From assembly GCA_042570405.1 (NCBI GenBank), contig JBHPGR010000005.1:1-61961 (forward strand): 61,961 nt of DNA. Direction: 5' to 3'. The notes below the pieces were generated by a model. That model did not search any database. It saw only the letters and a list, made by a program, of their open reading frames with translations, and had not been told where the DNA came from. The number at the start of each line of letters is the position of its first letter. The stretch's first letter is position 1. The translations under genes and the position numbers were made by a program. Shown here piece by piece: positions 43,033 through 52,217 of this stretch. The DNA comes from Candidatus Omnitrophota bacterium (GTDB lineage Bacteria > Omnitrophota > Gorgyraeia > Gygaellales > Profunditerraquicolaceae).

Positions 43033-43727
43033 CTTTTTATTATTATTTCACCGATTGATTGTAGTTGAAATTGAAACGAAGTATTTGAATATTGTATCGC
43101 GCATATGCCTTTATAATCTCTCCGTAACGTAGGCTTTCCTTTGGTCCGCTTATCAGGCTTAGTTTTGAAGAATTGCTCTAGAGGTATCCCCGTTACATTT
43201 GACCAATATTTGTTGAGTTTTTTGATGTCTTGATCCCACCTATGCATTACTCGACAACGCAATTTATCTTCCTTAATATCGAAAAACCTTCTTAATAATC
43301 TAAGGAAACAACGTATTATAAGTGGGTCAGAATTAGCAAATATTAATCCCCTGGTAGAGGGATATTTTGCCCCTTCGCACAGGTATAATAAGCCGCAAAT
43401 AAGTTTTCCTATTCCTGGATTCTGAAGAGATAATTGTCCGAAATGTTTTACCTCGTTTCTTATCCCATTTTTCCAAGTTTCCATCTTTTTCTTCAGACAT
43501 TTTGCCGCTAATGGCCTGCCTAGCGCGGCACAGGTCAATTCTTTTTCCTTTATCCTTTTTCTTTGCTTTAAAGTAAGTCGAATATCTTTAACCCAACCAG
43601 AAATGGTATTCTTAGGGACGGCAATCTTTAAGCTGATTTCTCCTAGGGACCAGCCGTGGGCTCTTAAATGACGCGCTTTTTCTTTTTTCCTTCTTGAATA
43701 TATCCTTGTCATTCTCTTCTTTACCAT
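43014..43727 (-). CDS. LAGLIDADG-like homing endonuclease with an N-terminal HTH
   Basis: KLICGLLYLCEGAKYP...IFANSDPLIIRCFLRLLRRFF shows the LAGLIDADG-type pattern. The HTH is GWSLGEISLKIAVPKNTISGWVK. The gene is AT-rich, and its last 19 nt overlap the 3' end of tRNA-Ala. Confidence 0.5.
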   Translation of the reverse strand: MVKKRMTRIYSRRKKEKARHLRAHGWSLGEISLKIAVPKNTISGWVKDIRLTLKQRKRIKEKELTCAALGRPLAAKCLKKKMETWKNGIRNEVKHFGQLSLQNPGIGKLICGLLYLCEGAKYPSTRGLIFANSDPLIIRCFLRLLRRFFDIKEDKLRCRVMHRWDQDIKKLNKYWSNVTGIPLEQFFKTKPDKRTKGKPTLRRDYKGICAIQYSNTSFQFQLQSIGEIIIKSGAGGV

Positions 43728-43875
43728 AAACCCCCCTATAATAATAGACGTAAAAAACCAACTTTTCTCACAAAAAATTATAGATTTTTTAAAATATTAT
43801 TGTATAATATAAAAGTAGGTTGCTAGATATATTAATACATATATACTAATACGAATATACAATAAGTCAAGTTAA

Positions 43876-44079
43876 ATGTTAGCGCAAAATATAAGAAAAC
43901 TTAGGTTAAAAAAGGGCTTATCGCAGGAGAAGCTCGCCCGTTTGGCGGATATCTCAAATGCAACGCTCGTAAAGATTGAGTCTGGTGTTGCAAAGGAGCC
44001 CACCATTACAACAGTCGCAAAAATCGCTATTGCTTTAAGTATTTCTGTGGATGAATTAATTGGTAAAACAAAGAAGTAG
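43876..44079 (+). CDS. XRE-family HTH regulator
   Basis: IRKLRLKKGLSQEKLARLADISNATLVKIESG. Confidence 0.75.
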   Translation: MLAQNIRKLRLKKGLSQEKLARLADISNATLVKIESGVAKEPTITTVAKIAIALSISVDELIGKTKK

Positions 44080-44100
44080 AGTTAGGTTCTATTCGATTCT

Positions 44101-44946
44101 ATGCTTTTAGGCGTACATATTTCTACCGGCGGCAGGCTCCACGAGGCTTATGACCGGGCGCATGAGCTGGGTTGTAACACGATGCAGATTTTTGCGCGCA
44201 ACCCTCAGCGCTGGCGCGATAAGTTTCTCGATGCCAAAGACATAGAAGAGTTCGTGCGCAGGCAGGAGAGGTTTGAGATAAAGCCTCTTTTTTTGCACAT
44301 TTCGTATCTGATTAATCTCGCCTCACCCAACCCCAGGCTTTATGAGGCGTCAATCGATGCCTATATTGAAGATATCCTGGAGGCGCACCTCTTAAAGGCA
44401 GATTATATTGTTACCCACATGGGCAGCCATAAGCAGACCTCGGAGGCAGCGGGGATCAAGAGGTTGATCAAGGCGCTGAATACGATCATAGAGAGGACCA
44501 AGAACACTAAGGTCGGGATCCTCCTGGAGAATACTGCCGGCTCAGGCTCCTGGCTGGGCTATAAGTTCGCACACCACAAGGAGATTCTGAACGGCCTGGA
44601 AAATAAAGAGCGCGTAGGTTTATGCTTCGATACCGCCCACGCTTACCTGGCAGGTTATAATATCGCCACTAAAAAAGGGCTTGAAGAAGCTCTTGAAGAA
44701 ATCGACAAGTCGGTTGGCCTTAAGCTGCTTAAGCTCATCCATCTGAATGACGCTAAGGGTAAATTGGGCAGCCATCATGACCGGCACGACCATATCGGTA
44801 AGGGGGGTATCGGCGTGCAGGGGATGAAGCGGATCATCAATCACCCAAACTTAAGGAATTTACCCTTTATTCTTGAGACGCCCAAAGAGCACGAAGGAGT
44901 GGATGAAAAGAACCTGGAAGTTGTCAGAAGCCTGAGGAGCAAATAA
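44101..44946 (+). CDS. nfo: Endonuclease IV (AP endonuclease)
   Basis: LLGVHISTGG...CNTMQIFARNPQRW...HMGSH...LENTAG...CFDTAHAY...HLNDAK...HDRHDHIGKG. Confidence 0.9.
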   Translation: MLLGVHISTGGRLHEAYDRAHELGCNTMQIFARNPQRWRDKFLDAKDIEEFVRRQERFEIKPLFLHISYLINLASPNPRLYEASIDAYIEDILEAHLLKADYIVTHMGSHKQTSEAAGIKRLIKALNTIIERTKNTKVGILLENTAGSGSWLGYKFAHHKEILNGLENKERVGLCFDTAHAYLAGYNIATKKGLEEALEEIDKSVGLKLLKLIHLNDAKGKLGSHHDRHDHIGKGGIGVQGMKRIINHPNLRNLPFILETPKEHEGVDEKNLEVVRSLRSK

Positions 44947-44959
44947 AAAGGAGAGATCC

Positions 44960-45352
44960 ATGGCTTATAAGTTATTGCTTGTCGATGACGATAAGGAGAT
45001 CATAGAGACTTTAAGGCCTCGCTTGATAAAGGAGGGTTATGATGTGGTGGTGGCCTATGACGGGGAGGAGGCGCTTTTAAAGGTAAAGCAGGATGATCCT
45101 GATCTCCTGCTGTTGGATCTGATGATGCCTAAACTTAATGGTTTTGAAGTGCTAAAAGAGGTAAGACAGAAGTGCAAGGATAAATGGAGGCCGGTGATTA
45201 TTATCAGCGCTCGCGGTGAATTAGAGACGGTAGAGAAGTGTTACGATTTGGAGGCTGACCACTATCTGAAGAAGCCCTGCAGCATTGATACTATCCTGCG
45301 CGGTATCCAGACGATGGTCTCCCTGATCCCGTTAAGAAAAAAACAGGAGTAA
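44960..45352 (+). CDS. Single-domain response regulator (CheY-like)
   Basis: LLVDDDKEI...DLLLLDLMMPKLNG...VIIISARG...YLKKP. Confidence 0.85.
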   Translation: MAYKLLLVDDDKEIIETLRPRLIKEGYDVVVAYDGEEALLKVKQDDPDLLLLDLMMPKLNGFEVLKEVRQKCKDKWRPVIIISARGELETVEKCYDLEADHYLKKPCSIDTILRGIQTMVSLIPLRKKQE

Positions 45353-45353
45353 A

Positions 45354-47753
45354 GTGAGTTATCCCTTCAAAAGAATCGAACCTAAGTGGCAGAAGTTCTG
45401 GCAGAGGAAGGGGATCTTCCGGGCTAAAGAGGATCCCAAGAGGAAGAAATACTATCTTCTGGAGATGTTTCCCTATCCATCGGGTAAGATCCATATGGGT
45501 CACGTGCGCAATTATACTATCGGCGATGTGGCGGCGCGCTTTAAGATGATGCAGGGATTTAATGTGCTGCATCCGATGGGATTTGACGCCTTTGGCCAGC
45601 CGGCTGAGAACGCCGCGATCAAGAACAAGACTAAACCCGGCACCTGGACACATAAGTGCATCGATTGGATGAAGAAGGAATTAGGGAAGATGGGTTTCTC
45701 TTATGATTGGCAGCGGGAGGTCTCTACCTGCGACGATGATTATTATAAATGGAATCAGTGGATATTCCTGAAGATGTTCGAGCGCGGCCTCGCCTATAAA
45801 AAAGGGTCTAACGTAAACTGGTGCCCGAAGTGCGAGACTACCCTGGCCAATGAAGAGGTAGTCGATGGAGGATGTTGGCGCTGTAACGCCTTGGTCGAAC
45901 AAAAAGACCTGGAGCAGTGGTTTTTAAAGATCACCGATTATAAAGAGCGCCTCCTGGATGATCTGCAAGAGTTAAAAGATTGGCCGCAGAGGGTAATCTC
46001 CATGCAGAGGAATTGGATCGGCAGAAGCCAGGGTGTCCAGATATACTTCTCCATTAAAGGCAGTAAAAAGATCATCCCTGTTTTTACTACGCGTGCCGAT
46101 ACGATCTTTGGCGCGACATATGTGGTCCTGGCGCCCGAACATCCTATCGTAAAAGAGTTGATCAGGGGGAAGACGCAGGAGAAGGATGCCTTAGAATTTA
46201 TCGAGAAGGTCAGTAAAGAGAGCAAGGTCGTACGCACTGCAGGTGACGTAAAGAAGGAGGGCGTCTTTACCGGAGCATATGCCGTTAACCCTGTAAATAA
46301 CGAGGAGATACCGATCTGGATAGCGGATTATGTATTGATGGAGTACGGCACCGGCGCGATCATGGCAGTTCCCACGCATGACCAGAGGGATTTTCTCTTC
46401 GCCAAAGAGCACGATCTTTCTATGCGCCTAGTAATCCAGCCCCGTAACTTAAAACTCACAACTTGCGACTCATTGACCGAAGCTTACGAAGGTGACGGTG
46501 TGCAGGTTAATTCCGCGCAGTTTGACGGATTACCAAACCAAGAGGCAAAGATAAAGATCGCCGAGTGGATGGAGGACGAAAAGACCGGGAAGATCAAGGC
46601 GCACTGGCGTCTTAGGGACTGGTTAATCTCGCGCCAGCGCTACTGGGGGACACCGATCCCGATCATCTACTGTGACAAATGCGGTATTGTGCCGGTGCCC
46701 CATAAAGACCTGCCGGTGAAATTGCCTAAGGATGCTCCCTTTACCGGAGAGGGGGGCAGCCCCCTCGGCAAAGTAAAAAAGTTTGTCAATGTAAAGTGCC
46801 CCGGATGCAAGTCAGCTGCCCGCCGGGAAACAGATACCATGGCTACCTTCTTTGATTCCTCATGGTATTTTTTAAGGTTCTGTTCTCCTAAATCCAGTAA
46901 AGCGCCAGTTGAACGGGATTCGGTCTCCTACTGGATGCCGGTTGACCAGTACATCGGAGGGATCGAACATGCGATTTTGCATCTTCTTTATGCGCGCTTC
47001 TTCACCAAGTTCTTTAAGGACTTAGGAGAGATCGGATTTGTAGAACCTTTTAGCCGTCTTTTAACCCAGGGGATGGTCTTGAAAGACGGCGAGGTGATGT
47101 CGAAGTCACGCGGTAATATCGTTGACCCCGATTCGATCATCAAGAAGTACGGGGCAGACACCTTAAGGCTTTTTATCCTCTTTGCCGCGCCTCCGCAGAC
47201 GGAACTGGATTGGGATGACCGCGGCATCGAAGGAGCATTCCGCTTTTTAAACCGTGTTTGGCGCATCAAGGATAATCTTAAAGAAGAAACTCAACCCCAG
47301 CTGACCAAAGTGATGCATAAAACAGTAAAAAAGGTCAGTGAAGATATAGCAAGTTTTAAATTTAATACCGCTATCGCGTGCCTGATGGAATTTGTCAATA
47401 CGATCTATCAGCTGGGGGCTGATAAAGAGGTGTTCTCTAAATTGATCCTTCTACTTGCCCCCTTTGTTCCGCATTTCTCCGAGGAACTATGGCAGTCCAT
47501 CGGCAATAAAGAGAGCATCTTTAAAGCAGGCTGGCCTGAATATGATGCCGCAAGCCTGGTTGAAGATACCGTTACTATCGCGGTGCAGGTCAACGGTAAA
47601 CTACGCTCCAGGATCGATGTTCCTACCGGCATCCCCGAAGATAAGCTTAAGGAATTAGTCTCAGCCGATGAGAGGCTGCAGCCATGGATACAGGGAAAGC
47701 CGGTTAAAAAATTCATCTACGTCCCCAACAAACTCCTCAACCTCGTCGTATAA
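45354..47753 (+). CDS. leuS: Leucyl-tRNA synthetase
   Basis: PYPSGKIHMGHVRNY (HIGH-type) and VMSKSRGN (KMSKS). The product is 799 aa with a GTG start. Confidence 0.95.
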   Translation: MSYPFKRIEPKWQKFWQRKGIFRAKEDPKRKKYYLLEMFPYPSGKIHMGHVRNYTIGDVAARFKMMQGFNVLHPMGFDAFGQPAENAAIKNKTKPGTWTHKCIDWMKKELGKMGFSYDWQREVSTCDDDYYKWNQWIFLKMFERGLAYKKGSNVNWCPKCETTLANEEVVDGGCWRCNALVEQKDLEQWFLKITDYKERLLDDLQELKDWPQRVISMQRNWIGRSQGVQIYFSIKGSKKIIPVFTTRADTIFGATYVVLAPEHPIVKELIRGKTQEKDALEFIEKVSKESKVVRTAGDVKKEGVFTGAYAVNPVNNEEIPIWIADYVLMEYGTGAIMAVPTHDQRDFLFAKEHDLSMRLVIQPRNLKLTTCDSLTEAYEGDGVQVNSAQFDGLPNQEAKIKIAEWMEDEKTGKIKAHWRLRDWLISRQRYWGTPIPIIYCDKCGIVPVPHKDLPVKLPKDAPFTGEGGSPLGKVKKFVNVKCPGCKSAARRETDTMATFFDSSWYFLRFCSPKSSKAPVERDSVSYWMPVDQYIGGIEHAILHLLYARFFTKFFKDLGEIGFVEPFSRLLTQGMVLKDGEVMSKSRGNIVDPDSIIKKYGADTLRLFILFAAPPQTELDWDDRGIEGAFRFLNRVWRIKDNLKEETQPQLTKVMHKTVKKVSEDIASFKFNTAIACLMEFVNTIYQLGADKEVFSKLILLLAPFVPHFSEELWQSIGNKESIFKAGWPEYDAASLVEDTVTIAVQVNGKLRSRIDVPTGIPEDKLKELVSADERLQPWIQGKPVKKFIYVPNKLLNLVV

Positions 47754-47764
47754 CTCCACACCTC

Positions 47765-47880
47765 AAGAACGTTTCTTGTGCCAATCGAAGAACTGCTTAT
47801 TAAAGTATTATTATAATCACCAGGGGAACATTTCTTCCTTTGGCATGAGAAACGTTCTTGCCTTGGGTTGAGAAACGTTT
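47765..47880. promoter_or_regulatory. Three copies of an 11-nt box, AGAAACGTTCT (one inverted), upstream of comEA
   Basis: agaacgtttct at 47765-47775 is the exact reverse complement of agaaacgttct at 47847-47857. agaaacgtttt lies at 47870-47880. tgagaaacgtt is repeated exactly, 23 bp apart. Confidence 0.45.
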
Positions 47881-47931
47881 TTAGTTAGATGGGGGGTATT
47901 TTTGCGTCTATTGGAATCGAGGGGGAATTCT

Positions 47932-48261
47932 ATGTTCAGTTTGACCAGGCAGGAGCGCGGGGTAGTCCTATTCTTGGTGACCGTAGCTCTTGCAGGCATA
48001 GGAATCAATTATCTGCGCAAGAGCCATCCGCGGGTCAAGGCGCTTGCCTCGGCAGAGTTTTCTTTTGATAGGATAAATATCAATAAGGCGGATCGCGAGG
48101 CGTTGATGAGTGTCTCAGGGATCGGGGAGAAGTTATCAGAGCGGATAATCGACTATAGGCAGGAGCATGGTGGTTTCAGGGGCACAGAGGAGATCAAGCA
48201 GGTCAAGGGCTTTGGCGGATACCGTTATGAAAAGGTAAAGCAGTATTTGACGGTCGAATGA
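47932..48261 (+). CDS. comEA: ComEA-type DNA-binding competence protein (helix-hairpin-helix)
   Basis: It has an N-terminal TM, then INKADREALMSVSGIGEKLSERIIDYRQEHGGF...IKQVKGFG. Confidence 0.8.
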   Translation: MFSLTRQERGVVLFLVTVALAGIGINYLRKSHPRVKALASAEFSFDRININKADREALMSVSGIGEKLSERIIDYRQEHGGFRGTEEIKQVKGFGGYRYEKVKQYLTVE

Positions 48262-49679
48262 CGAAACATCCTTTATGCGCTTTGGCAATTGCTTTGACAT
48301 CGGGGATCTTATTTGTCAGCAGGGTCCGGATATCCTTCCCCTTCTTCTATCTGATTTCTTTGATAATGCTATTTTTTTCTTTCTTCTTTTTTAAAAAGGA
48401 TAAAATCTGCGGTTTTCTAACGCTTACCATGATATTCCTATTGGGCGCACTGCTGATGAAGAATACCTATCTACTCTCTCCGGAGCATGTTTCCAGGTTG
48501 ATCCCGTATAAGAGCAGCGATGTTGTAGCAGCAGGGATTATTGATGACGTATCCTTTAAGGAGGGCCTCCCTTCTTTTGTCCTTAGAATTGAAAGCCTGA
48601 AATCTCATGGAAAATGGCGTAATAGCTCAGGCAAGATCCTGATAAGAGTTGGGAGCAGATATTTAGGCCCTAAAGAGGATCTTTTTTACGGTGACAAACT
48701 GCTTATACAAGGTAAGATCCATAAGCCGTATTATTCTGCCAAGGGCAGCCGGCTCAATTACGGGCGATACCTAAGGGACAAAGGTATCTATGCTATCCTC
48801 AATCCCCAGAGAATAAAAATATTGTCTTCAGGCAACGGGAATCCTGTGCTCGGAAGAATATTCCGGATCAGTAGGAGTTTTAAGCGGAGGATGGAAGATA
48901 ATTTCTCTCCTTTGACTGCCTCTATATTCTGCGCGATCATCCTCGGGCAAAGGCAGGACCTGGATAGGCCGGTCAAGGAGATACTGGTCAGGACCGGCAC
49001 TATGCATATCATCGCTATATCGGGCCTGCACCTTGGCATTGTTTCGTTTATCATCCTGCTGATCCTGAAGATCATGAGGTTTCCGCGCAGGGTACGCTTT
49101 ATGCTCACAATATTCTTTCTGTTGTTCTATTGTATCCTCACCGGATGCAATACTCCGGTATTAAGGGCCACTATAATGGCTTCGATTCTCCTGATCGGAT
49201 ATACTATCAAGCGTGATGCGGATATCCTGAATTTATTAGCGTTTGCCGCGATAGTGATATTGTCAATTAACCCCCGTCAGCTCTTTTCGCTGAGCTTTCA
49301 GCTTTCTTTTGCCAGTATAATCTCGATCGTGCTCCTGACGCCTAAGATAGAGCTCATTTTCGGTTGCCTTAAATGGCCGCGCAGCCTGAATCTTGTGCCT
49401 AAGGCTCTTTCAGTCTCCCTGGCTGCCTGGCTCGGCCTGACTCCTCTGATCGCCTATAACTTCAGGGTAATCTCACCCATTGCCATACTGGCAAATGTCA
49501 TAGTAGTCCCTTATCTGGGCCTGGTGATCGCCTCCGGATTCACCTTTTTGGCGGCCAGCTATCTCCTCCCGCAGCTTGGCCCAATATTGGCTTCCAGTGC
49601 CGAAGTATCGATCCTGGCGCTCTTGAGATTCCTCTATTTCCTAAGCTGCCTACCCTTAGCCTACCTTCGCCTGCCTTAA
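48258..49679 (+). CDS. comEC: ComEC/Rec2 DNA-uptake channel (DUF4131 plus competence domain; no metallo-beta-lactamase domain)
   Basis: It has an OB-like GDKLLIQGKIHKP and a polytopic core containing TGTMHIIAISGLHLGIV. The product is 473 aa. Confidence 0.8.
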   Translation: MTKHPLCALAIALTSGILFVSRVRISFPFFYLISLIMLFFSFFFFKKDKICGFLTLTMIFLLGALLMKNTYLLSPEHVSRLIPYKSSDVVAAGIIDDVSFKEGLPSFVLRIESLKSHGKWRNSSGKILIRVGSRYLGPKEDLFYGDKLLIQGKIHKPYYSAKGSRLNYGRYLRDKGIYAILNPQRIKILSSGNGNPVLGRIFRISRSFKRRMEDNFSPLTASIFCAIILGQRQDLDRPVKEILVRTGTMHIIAISGLHLGIVSFIILLILKIMRFPRRVRFMLTIFFLLFYCILTGCNTPVLRATIMASILLIGYTIKRDADILNLLAFAAIVILSINPRQLFSLSFQLSFASIISIVLLTPKIELIFGCLKWPRSLNLVPKALSVSLAAWLGLTPLIAYNFRVISPIAILANVIVVPYLGLVIASGFTFLAASYLLPQLGPILASSAEVSILALLRFLYFLSCLPLAYLRLP

Positions 49680-49687
49680 TTACATTG

Positions 49688-49726
49688 CCCCGCTTTTCTT
49701 GCCAGTAATATCCTGGAAAAGCGGGG
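49688..49726 (+). terminator. 11-bp-stem hairpin after comEC (no clear T-tract)
   Basis: ccccgcttttc pairs with gaaaagcgggg across a 17-nt loop. Confidence 0.4.
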
Positions 49727-49755
49727 TTGACAAACCTATACCCCTGTGATAGATT
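49727..49755 (+). promoter_or_regulatory. Promoter of the bamD-lptE-holA operon
   Basis: TTGACA (49727-49732), a 17-nt spacer, then TAGATT (49750-49755). Confidence 0.45.
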
Positions 49756-49764
49756 TATCCTACT

Positions 49765-50706
49765 ATGAAGCGGCTGATTTTGATCGTTATCTGCATGGTT
49801 TTGTTCTCCGCAACCCCTGCGCATCCCTTCTGGATCTGGACCCCCAAGTCGAAGAAGTTTGTCAACCCCAAACACGCCCCAAGGTCAAGTCCCTCGGAGC
49901 AGTTTGATTACGCAAAAGGCCTCTATGAAGGGAAGGATTATAAGGAGGCAAGGGTAGAATTCATCAGGCTGATGCAGAAATACCCCAAGTCATTTGAGGC
50001 CTCGGAGTCACAGTATTATCTGGGCTTGATCGAGGAAGCCCAGGGCAGGCTATACGAGGCATACCTGGCTTACCAGAAGGTAATCGATAAATACCCGTTC
50101 TCCGAGCGGATTCAGGAGATCATTGAGCGGGAATACGAGATCGCAGAGAGCTTTATAGAGGGGAAGAAACGCAGGGCGCTGGGGATCAATCTGCCGGTTG
50201 AAAACCCGGCTATAGAGATCTTATCCCGGGTGATCGAGAACTCCACCTACGGGTCCCTTGCTCCCAAGGCGCAGTATAAGTTAGGGCTGGTATTAAAGAG
50301 TCTCTTGCGCTATTATGAGGCTGAGGAGGCCTTTGAAAAGGTAGTCTCAAATTATCCTGACAGCGAGTGGGTGGGTGCGGCAAAGTTCCAGATTGCCTCC
50401 TGCCGCGCAGCAGTATCCAGGGGGCCAGATTATGACCAGGAGGCGGTAAGGGAGGCTAAAAAGCAATTTGAAGAGTTTGTCATTGAACACCCCGATGCGC
50501 AACTCTCCGATAAGGCATTAGAGAATATAGGGCAGTTAGAGGATAAAGAGGCGCAGAGTAGTTATGAAATCGGCAGGTTTTACGAAAAACAAAGAGCCTG
50601 GGAATCAGCCAGGATGTATTATCAGGGTGTGATAGATGATGCGCCGGAAAGTATCTGGGCCATAAAGTCCCTGGAGAGGTTACAAGCCATGGAGAAGATA
50701 AAATGA
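49765..50706 (+). CDS. bamD: BamD/YfiO-like TPR outer-membrane assembly protein
   Basis: It has an N-terminal signal sequence and the TPR-like YAKGLYEGKDYKEARVEFIRLMQKYPKS...AQYKLGLV. No canonical lipobox was seen. Confidence 0.65.
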   Translation: MKRLILIVICMVLFSATPAHPFWIWTPKSKKFVNPKHAPRSSPSEQFDYAKGLYEGKDYKEARVEFIRLMQKYPKSFEASESQYYLGLIEEAQGRLYEAYLAYQKVIDKYPFSERIQEIIEREYEIAESFIEGKKRRALGINLPVENPAIEILSRVIENSTYGSLAPKAQYKLGLVLKSLLRYYEAEEAFEKVVSNYPDSEWVGAAKFQIASCRAAVSRGPDYDQEAVREAKKQFEEFVIEHPDAQLSDKALENIGQLEDKEAQSSYEIGRFYEKQRAWESARMYYQGVIDDAPESIWAIKSLERLQAMEKIK

Positions 50707-51260
50707 GACGGTCAAGATTATTAGTATCGTTCCTGCTAAGTTTTCTGACAGTTCTTGCCGCAGGCTGTGGCTATACGACCCGCTCGGCGATCGTCAGCAG
50801 ATTTCAGAACATCTATGTGGCGCAGTTCGTCAATAAGATCGATATCACCCAGGATAGTGACGTTGGAAACAAATACCGGATCTACAGGCCGATGCTTGAA
50901 ACCGATATCACCAGGGCGGTGATCAATAAATATCTGCTTGACGGAAATCTGCGGCCGATAAAAGAGGAATCAGCTGATGTCAGCCTGACAGGGGAGCTGG
51001 TAGAGTTCCGTAAAGACCCACTAAAATACACCGATAATGACGAAGTCGAAGAGTACCGGGTGAATGTGGCAGTGAATCTCAGGCTTTGGGATAACAAGTC
51101 AAATGAGCTTGTCTGGGAGGAAAACAGGTTCACCGGGGATGCGACCTATTTTACAAGTTACTCCAGGACAGAGACCCCTACCTCCGAGAGCGCGGCGATC
51201 ACTGAAGCGATAACTGATCTGGCGCGCAGGATCGTCGAGCGCACTGTCGAAGAATGGTAA
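50703..51260 (+). CDS. lptE: LptE-like LPS-assembly lipoprotein
   Basis: The lipobox is LAAGCGYTTRS. Its size and its position between leuS/bamD and holA match the conserved leuS-lptE-holA neighbourhood. Confidence 0.6.
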   Translation: MRRSRLLVSFLLSFLTVLAAGCGYTTRSAIVSRFQNIYVAQFVNKIDITQDSDVGNKYRIYRPMLETDITRAVINKYLLDGNLRPIKEESADVSLTGELVEFRKDPLKYTDNDEVEEYRVNVAVNLRLWDNKSNELVWEENRFTGDATYFTSYSRTETPTSESAAITEAITDLARRIVERTVEEW

Positions 51261-51910
51261 GAAAAGACCCGCCCGCATACCTTTTAATCGGCCAGGATGC
51301 CCCCGCCAAAGATATAAAACTCAATAAGATCAAGGAAGAGCTCATCTTTTCGGATACCCGGGATTTTAACCTGGATATCCTGCATGCCAGGAAATTGACC
51401 CTGAAAGAGCTGCAGGAGAAGATCCTTTATCTCCCCTTTGGGCCTAAGAAGAGGCTTTTGGTGATCAGGGGGGCGCAGGATCTTAAGGACGAGGTCAAGG
51501 ATTTCATCATCAAATATTTAAGAGGGCCGGATCAGGGAGTGGTCCTGGTCCTTGACATGCTAAGCTATAATCCAAAGGATGGATTCACGAAACAGCTGGA
51601 AAGATTATCCCAGGCTTATCGTTTCCGCGAACCCCTGCGCCCGGATACCTTCGCCTTAAGCAGGCAGATAGAGTCAGGCAGGGCCCAGGCGGCGCTGCGC
51701 ATGCTCAGGCAGTTGCTTGATAGCGGGAACCGGCCGGAGCGCATATTGGGTGGGCTTAGATACAGCTGGGAGAGGAATGCCGCTAATCCGCAGGAGAAGA
51801 GGAGGCGGATCAGTGTCCTCTTAAATTGTGATATCGACATAAAGACGGGAAGGCTTAAGCCCGAATTTGCGCTGGAGAAGCTTGTGGTGAGGCTATGTTG
51901 TTTTGCGTAG
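51254..51910 (+). CDS. holA: DNA polymerase III delta subunit, short form
   Basis: YLLIGQDAPAKDIKLNKIKEE...LLVIRGAQDLKDEV. The product is 218 aa versus about 330 aa typical. Confidence 0.55.
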   Translation: MVRKDPPAYLLIGQDAPAKDIKLNKIKEELIFSDTRDFNLDILHARKLTLKELQEKILYLPFGPKKRLLVIRGAQDLKDEVKDFIIKYLRGPDQGVVLVLDMLSYNPKDGFTKQLERLSQAYRFREPLRPDTFALSRQIESGRAQAALRMLRQLLDSGNRPERILGGLRYSWERNAANPQEKRRRISVLLNCDIDIKTGRLKPEFALEKLVVRLCCFA

Positions 51911-52156
51911 TCTTTTTGTGAGGCGGGATTTCCTGCGCCTGGCCGTATTGGTACGGAGAATACCTTTCTTAGCCGCTTTATCAAGTTGAGAATATACTTT
52001 TTTCAGGTACTCCTTAGCCTCATTGGCGCTCTTTGCCGAAACCAGTTCATGGAACTTCTTTAAAGTCTTTTTAAGCTGCCGTTTTATCCTGATATTACGA
52101 AGGTGCCTTGTCTTATCTGCTCGTTTTCGTTTCAGTGAACTTTTACGCCTTGGCAT
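51893..52156 (-). CDS. rpsT: 30S ribosomal protein S20
   Basis: SSLKRKRADKTRHLRNIRIKRQLKKTLKKF...LDKAAKKGILRTNTARRRKSRL. Confidence 0.9.
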   Translation of the reverse strand: MPRRKSSLKRKRADKTRHLRNIRIKRQLKKTLKKFHELVSAKSANEAKEYLKKVYSQLDKAAKKGILRTNTARRRKSRLTKRLRKTT

Positions 52157-52168
52157 ATTAATCTCCTT

Positions 52169-52199
52169 AAATAAGTTTCGCTAGAATCGAAACTTATTT
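52169..52199. promoter_or_regulatory. Perfect 12-bp inverted repeat in the rpsT leader / rpsT-murJ divergent region
   Basis: aaataagtttcg, then ctagaat, then cgaaacttattt, immediately upstream of the rpsT Shine-Dalgarno sequence (aaggagatta on the minus strand). Confidence 0.5.
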
Positions 52200-52217
52200 A
52201 ACCATAATTACCTATCC

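Noticed and set aside
42811-43033. Two minus-strand ORFs with internally repeated peptides (ISIGYHWGVPPLSFPEDSP x2)
   Set aside because: The repetition simply reflects translation of the 57-bp DNA repeats and the antisense of tRNA-Ala. There is no start context.
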